From the NCBI GenBank assembly GCA_046483495.1, contig JAWODC010000036.1, forward strand, positions 1 to 64,000: a stretch of DNA of 64,000 bases, written 5' to 3'. The notes under the pieces were generated by a model. That model worked only from the letters and a program-made list of their open reading frames with translations. It was not told the origin of the DNA and searched no databases. This document shows, one piece after another, positions 19,950-29,002 of the stretch. The position numbers and the translations under genes are program-made. Every line of letters starts with the position of its first letter. Positions within the stretch are counted from its first letter, which is position 1. The stretch is from Desulfobacterales bacterium (GTDB lineage Bacteria > Desulfobacterota > Desulfobacteria > Desulfobacterales > UBA5616).

Positions 19950-20756
19950 ATGAAAAAAGCCGAAGACCGAAAAAAAAGCGCCATTCCCAAGCTGGAAGGG
20001 AAAACCAAACCGTATGTTATGGCTCACCGGGGCAACTCGAGCGCCTGCCCCGAGAATACACTTGCAGCGTTTCGCCGGGCCATAACAGACGGCGCAGACA
20101 TCATCGAAACCGACCTTCACCTGACAAGGGATGACGTATTTGTCTGTATTCATGATGACGCCGTGGACAGGACCACCGACGGATCCGGCAAGGTTTCCGA
20201 TATGACACTGGCCGATATCAAACACCTTTCTGCAGGGATCGGGCATCCGAATTACCTGTCGGAAAGCGTTCCCACCCTGCAGGAAACCGCAAGCGTTATT
20301 CCGGAAAATGTCGCCCTGGCATTGGAGCTCAAGACCGACCGGTTCCTTGAAGAGCGGGTCATTCGGCATTTGGTATCGGAGCTCGAAAGGTCGGGCATTT
20401 TCAAGAGGACCGTCGCTCTGTCGTTTTCCCTTCCCAGGCTGGAAACCGTAACCCGTGTGTGCCCCGAGCTGTACACGGGATGGATCACGTTGACGGGAAA
20501 CCGGCCGATCCATGGCCCCGATATGCTGGGGCCTTATTGGCCGCTTTTGATCAAAAACCCCCTATATGTGATGACCGCCCACCGCCGGAACCAGGCGGTA
20601 TGCCCTCTGGACACGGTCCCGGACTCACGGCTTTGGTTTTATCTCCTGCTGCGGTGCGATGCCGTCATCACAAACAACACGGAAATCACCTGCAATCGGC
20701 TGAAAAAGCTTCGGGACGAATACCTGTTCAAGCAGATCGACAGGCGTGCCGTCTGA
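19950..20756 (+). CDS. Glycerophosphodiester phosphodiesterase family protein
   Basis: AHRG, PENTLAAF, IETDLHLTRD, CIHD, DRTT, LELK. Confidence 0.9.
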   Translation: MKKAEDRKKSAIPKLEGKTKPYVMAHRGNSSACPENTLAAFRRAITDGADIIETDLHLTRDDVFVCIHDDAVDRTTDGSGKVSDMTLADIKHLSAGIGHPNYLSESVPTLQETASVIPENVALALELKTDRFLEERVIRHLVSELERSGIFKRTVALSFSLPRLETVTRVCPELYTGWITLTGNRPIHGPDMLGPYWPLLIKNPLYVMTAHRRNQAVCPLDTVPDSRLWFYLLLRCDAVITNNTEITCNRLKKLRDEYLFKQIDRRAV

Positions 20757-20843
20757 AAAGGAAACATCTAGCACGGGCGATTGATTGAATCGATCGGCTT
20801 TTCCGTCCCCAGGAATGCCAAATCATCCGGCATACGGTAATCA

Positions 20844-21115
20844 ATGCCGATACCATACAGAGACGTGCCACGGAAAAACCCTATACTGCGTTACATACAT
20901 AAAACGGGTGGTGTTCGGGAGCCGGCTTAGTTCTGCTGTTTCTGCTGATGATCGCGGTTGTCTTTGGGAGACACCCGGGTTATGGGACGACTTTTCTTGT
21001 CTGTTTCCGGGCCGGGGGGGTCGCCGTGGCGGCTGCCTGCGCCGTTTTGCTGCTGAATGGGACAGCGTTGGGTTTTATCCGACTCAAACGGCGGCTTTTT
21101 AGAAAGAGAGGATAA
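20844..21115 (+). pseudogene. Small 2-TM membrane protein apparently split by a one-base deletion at the GGG 20906-20908
   Basis: MPIPYRDVPRKNPILRYIHKT, then shifted frame (G)WCSGAGLVLLFLLMIAVVFG...GVAVAAACAVLLLNGTALGFIRLKRRLFRKRG*, ending 4 nt before the GNAT start. Confidence 0.45.
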
Positions 21116-21119
21116 CGGA

Positions 21120-21617
21120 ATGAACACGGATCATATCATCAGAGCATTTGAAGAGAAAGACGGGCGGGCGGTGATAGACATTTTTAATCACTATATCGAG
21201 AACAGCTTTGCCGCATATGCCGAAAAGCCCGTTGTCTACGAAACCATTTCCATATTCAAGGATATGACCAGGGGATATCCGTTTCTGGTGATCGAGACCG
21301 CCGACCGTTTCGTGGCGGGTTTCTCATTCCTGCGACCGTTCCACCGAAACGGCGTGTTCAGCCGCACTGCTGAAATCACCTATTTCATACGGCCCGAATA
21401 CACCCGTAAAGGTTACGGCAAAAAACTTCTGAATAGAATGGAGAAAGAGGCAAAAAGGCTTTTTATCGATTCGATTCTCGCCAGCATATCGTCATTGAAT
21501 CCCCCGAGTATTGCATTCCATCGGAAGAACGGTTTTTTCCAATGCGGCTGTTTTAAATCTGTCGGAAAAAAGTTCAACCGGGATTTCGACATGATTTGGA
21601 TGCAGAAAATGATTTAG
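21120..21617 (+). CDS. GNAT N-acetyltransferase (phosphinothricin/YncA-like)
   Basis: IFNHYIENSFAAY, TAEITYFI, RKGYGKKLL, NPPSIAFH-x-K-x-GF, VGKKF-x-x-x-x-D. Confidence 0.88.
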   Translation: MNTDHIIRAFEEKDGRAVIDIFNHYIENSFAAYAEKPVVYETISIFKDMTRGYPFLVIETADRFVAGFSFLRPFHRNGVFSRTAEITYFIRPEYTRKGYGKKLLNRMEKEAKRLFIDSILASISSLNPPSIAFHRKNGFFQCGCFKSVGKKFNRDFDMIWMQKMI

Positions 21618-21692
21618 GGGGCATGCAGGTGTCTTCGCCGGTGGTCATTGACATTTTTCGCATGAAAGATAATATTAGAGCGTTGGGATCGT

Positions 21693-21720
21693 TCGAAACG
21701 ATCGAAACGATCGAAACGAT
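21693..21720. repeat. Tandem repeat (TCGAAACGA)x3
   Basis: Direct reading; ends 24 nt before the glnS ATG. Confidence 0.85.
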
Positions 21721-21743
21721 TACAGCAGGAAGCGAGCCGATAT

Positions 21744-23438
21744 ATGAAAGATCCGGAAAGTTCCCCTGGAGACTTCATTCGAAATATTATCGATGAAGAT
21801 GTAAAAAACAACAAGAACGACGGGCGTGTGGCCACTCGTTTTCCGCCGGAGCCGAATGGGTACCTGCACATCGGGCATGCCAAATCGATTTGCCTGAATT
21901 TCGGCATTGCCGAGGATTATGCCGGCACGTGCAATATGAGGTTCGATGACACCAACCCGGCAAAGGAGGAATCCGAGTATGTAGAAGCCATTCTAAGAGA
22001 TGTGAAATGGCTGGGATACGAGTGGGGGGATCGCCTGTTTTTTACATCGGATTATTTTGGGGCACTCTATGCTTATGCGGAAGAATTGATTCGCCGGGGA
22101 AAAGCCTATGTCTGCAGCCTCAGCCCGGATGAGATCCGCGAATACAGGGGCACATTGACGGAACCCGGTAAAGAAAGCCCCTACAGAAACCGTTCCGTGG
22201 AAGAAAACCTGGACCTGTTCAGGCGGATGCGCAACGGGGAATTTCCGGACGGCGCTCATGTGCTTCGTGCAAAAATCGATATGGCTTCACCCAATCTCAA
22301 CATGCGTGATCCGACCTTATACCGTATTCGACGAGCACACCACCACCGCACGGAAGACGACTGGTGCATATACCCCATGTATGATTACGCCCATTGCCTT
22401 TCCGATTCCATGGAGGGAATCACCCATTCCCTCTGCACCCTGGAGTTCGAAAACAACCGCCCTTTGTACGATTGGATTCTCGATGCCCTGGAAACGGATT
22501 GCCATCCCCGGCAGATTGAATTCGCCCGGCTGAATCTGACATACACGGTCCTGAGCAAACGGAAGCTGATTACCCTGGTAACCCAAAAGCATGTAACCGG
22601 ATGGGATGACCCCCGAATGCCCACCATTTCGGGTATGCGAAGGCGCGGCTATCCGCCTTCGGCGATTCGCCGTTTCTGCGATAGAATCGGAGTGGCCAAA
22701 CGGGATAGTATGGTGGATATGGCCCTGCTCGAATTTTGCGTCCGTGAAGACCTCAATAAAACCGCCCCCCGGGTGATGGGCGTCCTCAGACCCCTGAAAG
22801 TGATCATTACGAACTTCCCCGAGGACCGGGTGGAGAATCTGGAAGCAGTCAATAATCCGGAGGACCCGGCCATGGGAACCCGGCTCGTCCCGTTTACCCG
22901 CGAACTGTACATCGAAAGAGATGATTTCATGGAGGATCCTCCCAAGAAGTTCTACCGCTTGGCACCCGGCAGGGAAGTCCGGCTCCGTTACGCCTACTTC
23001 ATCAAATGCAACAAGGTAATCAAGGATGAACGAACCGGTGAAATCATCGAACTTCGCTGCACCTACGATCCCGAAACCCGGGGCGGCAATGCGCCGGATG
23101 GTAGAAAAGTCAAAGCAACCCTTCACTGGGTGTCCGCTTCCCAATCCGTTCAGGCGACGGTAAATCTTTACAACCGCCTGTTTTCGGAAGAGGCCCCCGG
23201 CACGAAAAGCACCGGGGATTTTCTTCAGAGCCTCAATCCGGAGTCCTGGGAGAAGCTGACGGAATGTCGCCTGGAGCCGGGATTGTCTGATGCGGCCCCG
23301 GGAGAAAGGTTCCAATTCGAGCGGCTCGGATACTTCTGCGTTGATTCCCGATTAACGAAAACGGGCGCCCCGGTATTCAATCGAACCGTTACCCTTCGGG
23401 ACGAGTGGGCAAAGATTCGAGGCAAATCGGCAATATAG
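21744..23438 (+). CDS. glnS: Glutamine--tRNA ligase
   Basis: [53 protein letters not shown]; no C-terminal YqeY domain. Confidence 0.97.
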   Translation: MKDPESSPGDFIRNIIDEDVKNNKNDGRVATRFPPEPNGYLHIGHAKSICLNFGIAEDYAGTCNMRFDDTNPAKEESEYVEAILRDVKWLGYEWGDRLFFTSDYFGALYAYAEELIRRGKAYVCSLSPDEIREYRGTLTEPGKESPYRNRSVEENLDLFRRMRNGEFPDGAHVLRAKIDMASPNLNMRDPTLYRIRRAHHHRTEDDWCIYPMYDYAHCLSDSMEGITHSLCTLEFENNRPLYDWILDALETDCHPRQIEFARLNLTYTVLSKRKLITLVTQKHVTGWDDPRMPTISGMRRRGYPPSAIRRFCDRIGVAKRDSMVDMALLEFCVREDLNKTAPRVMGVLRPLKVIITNFPEDRVENLEAVNNPEDPAMGTRLVPFTRELYIERDDFMEDPPKKFYRLAPGREVRLRYAYFIKCNKVIKDERTGEIIELRCTYDPETRGGNAPDGRKVKATLHWVSASQSVQATVNLYNRLFSEEAPGTKSTGDFLQSLNPESWEKLTECRLEPGLSDAAPGERFQFERLGYFCVDSRLTKTGAPVFNRTVTLRDEWAKIRGKSAI

Positions 23439-23474
23439 GCAAACAGGCTGAACCAACCCAAGCGCAGGCACATC

Positions 23475-24329
23475 GTGAATCGCATCACTGTTATCGTCGG
23501 GTCCACCACCATCGACACCATTATTCAAAACGGACTGAATCTGCTTAAAATCGGCGGTGTGACGGCGTATGCGGGTTACACGTTTCAGCGCCTGGGATTT
23601 CAAACGAAGGCCATATCGAATATCGCGCCGTCCGACAGGGCGGTGTCGGCTTTCTTTATCAAGAACGGTATCGAGCTTTTGAACGGGCAAACGCCCATTA
23701 CGACTCGATTCGTCAATCATTACACCGAAGACGGCCGCCTGCAGCAAATGCCGTTCCATGCCGCACCGATTCAAACAGACGTGATAGCGGAAGTATTGAA
23801 AACATGCGAAGTCGTTCACTTCGGGCCGCTTCATCCGGAAGACATCGAGCTTGCCGGGATGAAGCAGGCCTATAAAGAAAAAAGACAGGTGCTGCTGGAT
23901 ATCCAGGGATATGTCCGTCGCGTCAAGGGGGTGGATATTTGCTTTAGCGTCTCTCCGATCGTGTATGAAGCACTGAGTTATGCTTCGTATGTCAAGGCCG
24001 AGGCAACGGAACTCGAGTGGGTGCTGAAGGACAGCAGAAGAACGGTTGAACAACTGATCGAGCGTTACGGCATTGCCGAACTCGTAGTCACCTGTGGAGA
24101 ACGCGGGGGGTATATCGCAACATCCCGGGGACGAACGGCTTATGGCGCCTGTCCGGCACAAGCAATTGTCGATCCGACGGGTGCCGGCGATGTATTTTTT
24201 GCCGCATATAGCGCATCACGCATATACCACCGCAAGAACATCGAGGAAGCCTGCAGGTTCGCGGCTTTTTTGGCTGCCGAGCAAATTTGCGGGAACTATA
24301 TTCCATTCGATGCACTGCACCTGAATTAA
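23475..24329 (+). CDS. PfkB-family carbohydrate kinase
   Basis: IGG...Y, LLDIQG, VVTCGERG, DPTGAGDVF. Confidence 0.88.
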   Translation: MNRITVIVGSTTIDTIIQNGLNLLKIGGVTAYAGYTFQRLGFQTKAISNIAPSDRAVSAFFIKNGIELLNGQTPITTRFVNHYTEDGRLQQMPFHAAPIQTDVIAEVLKTCEVVHFGPLHPEDIELAGMKQAYKEKRQVLLDIQGYVRRVKGVDICFSVSPIVYEALSYASYVKAEATELEWVLKDSRRTVEQLIERYGIAELVVTCGERGGYIATSRGRTAYGACPAQAIVDPTGAGDVFFAAYSASRIYHRKNIEEACRFAAFLAAEQICGNYIPFDALHLN

Positions 24330-24347
24330 AAAGAAAAGGAAGCCCTG

Positions 24348-25169
24348 ATGATTGATATTTCGACGATCGACTATTCGGAACTGGACCGGCCCGAAGTCCT
24401 CGGTTACCTGTTTTATCCAAGGCCGGAATCCGGTCACCCCGATTCGGTAAAAGGTATTGAAAACCTGCAGATTCCGGTCGGCGGATCACATGTCCTAGGC
24501 GCCGCGATTCACATGGCCGCCAAATCCGATCCGACCATTTTGTTTTTTCATGGAAACGGGGAAATCGTGCGTGATTATGATGACATCGGAATGATGTACA
24601 GCCGGTTGAACATTAATTTTATGCCCGTTGACTACCGGGGATACGGCCGTTCAACCGGGACGCCCACAGTGACGAATATGATGCGGGACTGCCACGAGAT
24701 ATTCGATTTTACCATCACGCTGTTAAAAACGGGGGGTTGCTCGGGTCCGCTTATCGTCATGGGCAGATCATTGGGCAGTGCATCCGCTGTCGAACTGGCA
24801 AGCCATTATCCGGAAGACATCGATGGGCTCATCGTGGAAAGCGGTTTTTCCTCGATGGCGGGATTATATGAGCGGCTCGGTATTCATGCGTCCATCCCGG
24901 CGAACAAGAGAAAGGGACTCAGCAATACCGATAAAATCAGTGTATTTACGAAGCCGACACTGATTATTCATGCCGAGTTTGACCACATTATTCCTTTTTC
25001 GGCCGGCCGGAATCTCTATAATGCAGCCGGAGCATCGGACAAAACCCTTCTCAAAATTCCCGGTGCAAATCACAATGATCTTTTTTTCCGGGGCAGAGAA
25101 GCCTATCTGAATGCGATCGTCCGCCTGATTGATAAAACAAAGGCGGCGGTTTCAAGCCGTAATCTGTAA
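24348..25169 (+). CDS. Alpha/beta hydrolase (BEM46/ABHD17-like)
   Basis: FFHGNGE, DYRGYGRSTG-x-P, GRSLGS, IHAEFDHII, GANHND. Confidence 0.9.
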   Translation: MIDISTIDYSELDRPEVLGYLFYPRPESGHPDSVKGIENLQIPVGGSHVLGAAIHMAAKSDPTILFFHGNGEIVRDYDDIGMMYSRLNINFMPVDYRGYGRSTGTPTVTNMMRDCHEIFDFTITLLKTGGCSGPLIVMGRSLGSASAVELASHYPEDIDGLIVESGFSSMAGLYERLGIHASIPANKRKGLSNTDKISVFTKPTLIIHAEFDHIIPFSAGRNLYNAAGASDKTLLKIPGANHNDLFFRGREAYLNAIVRLIDKTKAAVSSRNL

Positions 25170-25278
25170 ATTTGCATTACATGACAAGGATCCCCACCGG
25201 ATTTTCTGCCGTCCCACCGCCGAGTTGAAGCCATACGGCTGATCAACGATGATGGTGTTCCCGGGAGCGCAGGCTATC

Positions 25279-28200
25279 TCATGCCGATTCCCGTAAACCC
25301 AATTTTTTGATGTCTTCCAGGTATTCGGGGTACCGGGACAGATAAAACGCCAGTGGTTGGGGAAAATCATTTCCCAGGATGCCGTCGATAAAAAGCCGGC
25401 TTATTTCTCTGTGCCGCTGAAGGGTAAACTGTGAACTGACCAGAATGTGGCGTTCATCCTCGGACAATCGTTCAGCAAACAGCGCTAATGCGCTTCGGGC
25501 GCGGGGTTGATACATCCAGAAATAGAGAAGATCGAGGGCATGAAGCATGAGAATATGCTCCAATTCCTCGGCTTCGGCTTTTGCCGATTTTTTTCGGGCT
25601 GTCGGTGCACTCAACACCTCAAAGGTCTCCAAGTGGGGATACAGCATTTCCAGATCGGTATATACGCCAAGAATAGCGGCAAATTTATGCCGGTAATCCC
25701 GCAGTCTCAGTCGGATATTGGCATATCGATCGGCAAGGCCCTCGATAATGCCTGCTACAAAATCCGATGCCGCTTTTGAAATTACGGCCGCCCAGGTTTG
25801 CAGAACGGCAACAGGGTTCAATACGCCGAAAAAGGGCAGAATGGATCCGATTGCCGCATTGAGCGCCACTGCCACCGGGATGGATAAAAGGCTTCGAAAG
25901 AGATTTCCAAAAGCCGCCGCCCGGGGAAGACCCCTGAAAAGATTGTGGGAAAACAGGTAAAGGCCGTTCGCCAATGCCATAAAACTGTATAGGAGAATCG
26001 TGCTCGTAGCGGTCGTGATGCCGAAGCCCCGGTCCAGAATAACCGTCTTTACGATATAGTCCAGCAGAGGGACGGAAAATCCCGTAAACAGAAGGGAATC
26101 GGTAAGCCGGTCCCAACTGACATAATCGTTCCAGCGCAGCAGCGGGGATCGCCGAAAACCGCCGCCGCCGAGTACCGACTGGATAATATTTCTCAAACCG
26201 GTAATGCCGAACCAGATAAACGCCCCCAGATAAGCCAGAACCCACCAATCCTTCGTCAGTGCAAAAGTGATGAAGGCGGGAATAAATCCGAGCAGTATTT
26301 TCAAAAAATTCTTCAACCGACTGTCCAGGTATCGCCAACCGAGCCGTTTGCGTGCTTCACCGGTGTTTTCTTCTTTCAGGATGGATCTGATGTTGTTCTT
26401 TTTCCGAATGCCTCCGAGTGTCACAATGTTGCCTTTTTCGGCCATTTTCGTCGAGGCCGACTCGACCTGCCAGCTTCGCCGGCATTTAAAACCGATCCGG
26501 TTCAAAAACGGCGAAGATAAGGCCAGCCGATATAAGAGGGGGTGAAGCGGATCCTCGGATCGATGGGGGATAAAGGTGTGGCGTGGGTAGACGGTCATAC
26601 GGAGGGGAAGCACTTCCCGGGCATGGTCCCTGCGCTGCCAATGAATCTGCCGCTGCGCTTTCAACGGCAGTGTTTCCTTGACGGCGAGTCCCATACCGAA
26701 AGACTTGAAGGACCGGCCGGTGGAATCGCTGCCGATCCTCGATTTTAAAGGCGTCTCCTGATAAGCCAGTTTCAGGCTCGGCAAATCGTCTAAAATTGAC
26801 TTGAGCTTTTCTGTGCGCTCTTTTTTGTCCGGGCGATCCGACTCCTCCACCTGGAAAATGATACACCTGACGATGTGTTTTAAGGAAATGATGCTGTCGT
26901 GGTTGATCGCTTGCTGAAGTTGGTTGATGTCTGCGAGATGATCCGTTTTCCCTTCCGAATAATCCTTGAGATTGAACAATTCGAGCCGGGTGATGGCACC
27001 CTGGCAGTCATAGAGCAATTCTAGAACTTCATCTACCTTCAAATTCGTCAGGTTCAGGGTGATCCGGTACCCGGACCGAAGGGCGGTCAACCGATTCAAT
27101 ACTTCCGGTGCTGAAAGCCGAAGCAGTTCAGGAGCAGTTTTATCGGCGGAGGGTTTCTGCGGGTAAGCGATTTCAGGATTGCTTTCAGGATTCAGGCAGC
27201 CGTTCACCATATCTTCGATGTCGAGTTCATCGAGGGAGGCTGCTCCGGCGTTCACCGCTTCCGGGTTTTGCCCGTTTCCCCCGGCCTTTTTTCGGCGCAA
27301 ATCTTCGATTCGATCGTCGAGGGCATCCATTACCCTGTTTTGTATATATTCGGAAAGGTGAACGTCGGATTTCTGGCCCATACCGACGAATTTCAAAAAA
27401 TCCGCTTTCTCAATGGGAGCGATATCGAGGCCGTATCCTTCTTCTATGGTTTTGCGATGAACGGCATTGAATTTGTCCAGCAGCGCCAACACGTACTGCT
27501 GCTGATAGTGGGAGGCCTCCCGACCCTCGTCCATCAATTTTTTGACCGGCGGCTCTTCGAGAAAACAGAGAAAATCCTGGGTGTCCGCAAAGCCGCGGGG
27601 AACCCAGATCAACTGAACATATTTATTCCGATACCTGGCGTAATACTCCACGCCGATTCGGACATCGATATCCATAATTTTTGCAGCACTGAAAAGCTCC
27701 GCCGCAAACCGAGGTTCGATGAAGTGGTAGTGAATTACCCGAAGCCGCCGTATGCCTTTGATCCAGGCGTCCATGACCAGATGAGTCGGTGTTTTCCGCC
27801 CCTTGGTGTTGGCATCGTGCACGTGATCATCGAAGGTTACCTGATTCCACTCTTCCGGCATTTCAAGGAGACGGTAGCGGTGCAGGTGACGCCGAATGTT
27901 CCGGGGTTTTCCAAACGCGGCCACCCTGAAATCGTGAGCCAGCTTCAACCGGCGATGCTCATTTCCATGGGCGCGAACCAAATCCTTCATCAACTGCAGC
28001 AGTACACGGGCCGTGTTCTTCGGCATGGGGCCTTTGGAGGTGTCGATAACTTCCGCACGCAGAATCCGCAGGGCAATGATGCGATCTTCCATTGCGCCTA
28101 CTTCGAGAGAATTCAACAGGTGGGCGACCGCGTAGGCGATTCGGATTCCCCTGGTTTCGGTCATCTCTCTTATGCCGTTTGGATGAAAAACAGGATAATA

Positions 28201-28311
28201 CCATTTGCGGGCGATATCCCTCTGGCTGTCCTGTTCGACAATGCGGTCGACGACACGAATTAATTCATAATCCCTCTTGTCAAAATATACTCGGGACGAA
28301 TTGCGGTTCAT
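25279..28311 (-). CDS. Large uncharacterised protein: PHP-like metallo-phosphoesterase motifs plus C-terminal multi-TM region
   Basis: SD AGGAGGT; DDHVHD...T-K-G, IGVE, LELFN, GSDSTG; about 5 hydrophobic segments after residue ~670. Confidence 0.7.
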   Translation of the reverse strand: MNRNSSRVYFDKRDYELIRVVDRIVEQDSQRDIARKWYYPVFHPNGIREMTETRGIRIAYAVAHLLNSLEVGAMEDRIIALRILRAEVIDTSKGPMPKNTARVLLQLMKDLVRAHGNEHRRLKLAHDFRVAAFGKPRNIRRHLHRYRLLEMPEEWNQVTFDDHVHDANTKGRKTPTHLVMDAWIKGIRRLRVIHYHFIEPRFAAELFSAAKIMDIDVRIGVEYYARYRNKYVQLIWVPRGFADTQDFLCFLEEPPVKKLMDEGREASHYQQQYVLALLDKFNAVHRKTIEEGYGLDIAPIEKADFLKFVGMGQKSDVHLSEYIQNRVMDALDDRIEDLRRKKAGGNGQNPEAVNAGAASLDELDIEDMVNGCLNPESNPEIAYPQKPSADKTAPELLRLSAPEVLNRLTALRSGYRITLNLTNLKVDEVLELLYDCQGAITRLELFNLKDYSEGKTDHLADINQLQQAINHDSIISLKHIVRCIIFQVEESDRPDKKERTEKLKSILDDLPSLKLAYQETPLKSRIGSDSTGRSFKSFGMGLAVKETLPLKAQRQIHWQRRDHAREVLPLRMTVYPRHTFIPHRSEDPLHPLLYRLALSSPFLNRIGFKCRRSWQVESASTKMAEKGNIVTLGGIRKKNNIRSILKEENTGEARKRLGWRYLDSRLKNFLKILLGFIPAFITFALTKDWWVLAYLGAFIWFGITGLRNIIQSVLGGGGFRRSPLLRWNDYVSWDRLTDSLLFTGFSVPLLDYIVKTVILDRGFGITTATSTILLYSFMALANGLYLFSHNLFRGLPRAAAFGNLFRSLLSIPVAVALNAAIGSILPFFGVLNPVAVLQTWAAVISKAASDFVAGIIEGLADRYANIRLRLRDYRHKFAAILGVYTDLEMLYPHLETFEVLSAPTARKKSAKAEAEELEHILMLHALDLLYFWMYQPRARSALALFAERLSEDERHILVSSQFTLQRHREISRLFIDGILGNDFPQPLAFYLSRYPEYLEDIKKLGLRESA

Positions 28312-28355
28312 ACCTCCTCACTTGCAGATGGGTTCGGCACACTGAAAGCATAATT

Positions 28356-28479
28356 AGTGCCCATCCATAAATGGCTAATTCGCTCCATTTCGGCGTTGGC
28401 CGGTAAGTTTTAATCCTCAAAATAAAATTTACCGGCCGCCTTGAACTGAATCGAATTTTCTCATTTCTGGATGGACACT
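28356..28479. repeat. MITE/REP-like element, main subfamily, with internal deletion
   Basis: TIR AGTGCCCATCCATAAATG / CATTTCTGGATGGACACT; inner stem GCCGGTAAGTTTT / AAAATTTACCGGC; CGTTG and CGCCTTGAA motifs. Confidence 0.85.
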
Positions 28480-28804
28480 GATCTGAGTGTGTAAACCCCG
28501 ACGGCTTTAAGCGCACCAAACGTGGGCCCGACCTTGACAGAGTACACGTTGTACAAAAAAAATCAATAATTTTAAAATCCTCAGCTTATCAGGCACAGAC
28601 CGGACGCGATATTTGAGTTGCATCCCGACCCCGGATTCTGATAATTAACATATATATACATCAGTACCATTTTTCTTTAACATAAGATCAGGTCTACGCC
28701 CGAGGCGGAGCCCCAAGTTCGTCAAAGGCTTGGGTAACATGCTGCCCGGAAAAAGATACTACTCGAGATTATCGCCACCGTTACTGTCATATCCGGAGGA
28801 CCGT

Positions 28805-29002
28805 ATGGAGAAGAAAATTTTTTTGAAAATGCTCGGGCAAATCCAGGGAATACGGCTGGATAATGGGCGGGTTGACCGCTTTTTGGAGCCCGGCCGAACC
28901 TATGACCAGGTTCAGTTCATCAAGAGCGCCTTATACACCTTCGATGTGCAGGGATACAGACCGGGAGACGAACCGGATTTTTCTAAAGGAGATCATCCAT
29001 GA
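28805..29002 (+). CDS. Small (65 aa) protein translationally coupled to amidase; GatC/AtzG-like partner candidate
   Basis: SD GGAGGA 28795-28800, ATG 28805, stop overlaps amidase start (ATGA); ends in ...DEP-x-F. Confidence 0.6.
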   Translation: MEKKIFLKMLGQIQGIRLDNGRVDRFLEPGRTYDQVQFIKSALYTFDVQGYRPGDEPDFSKGDHP

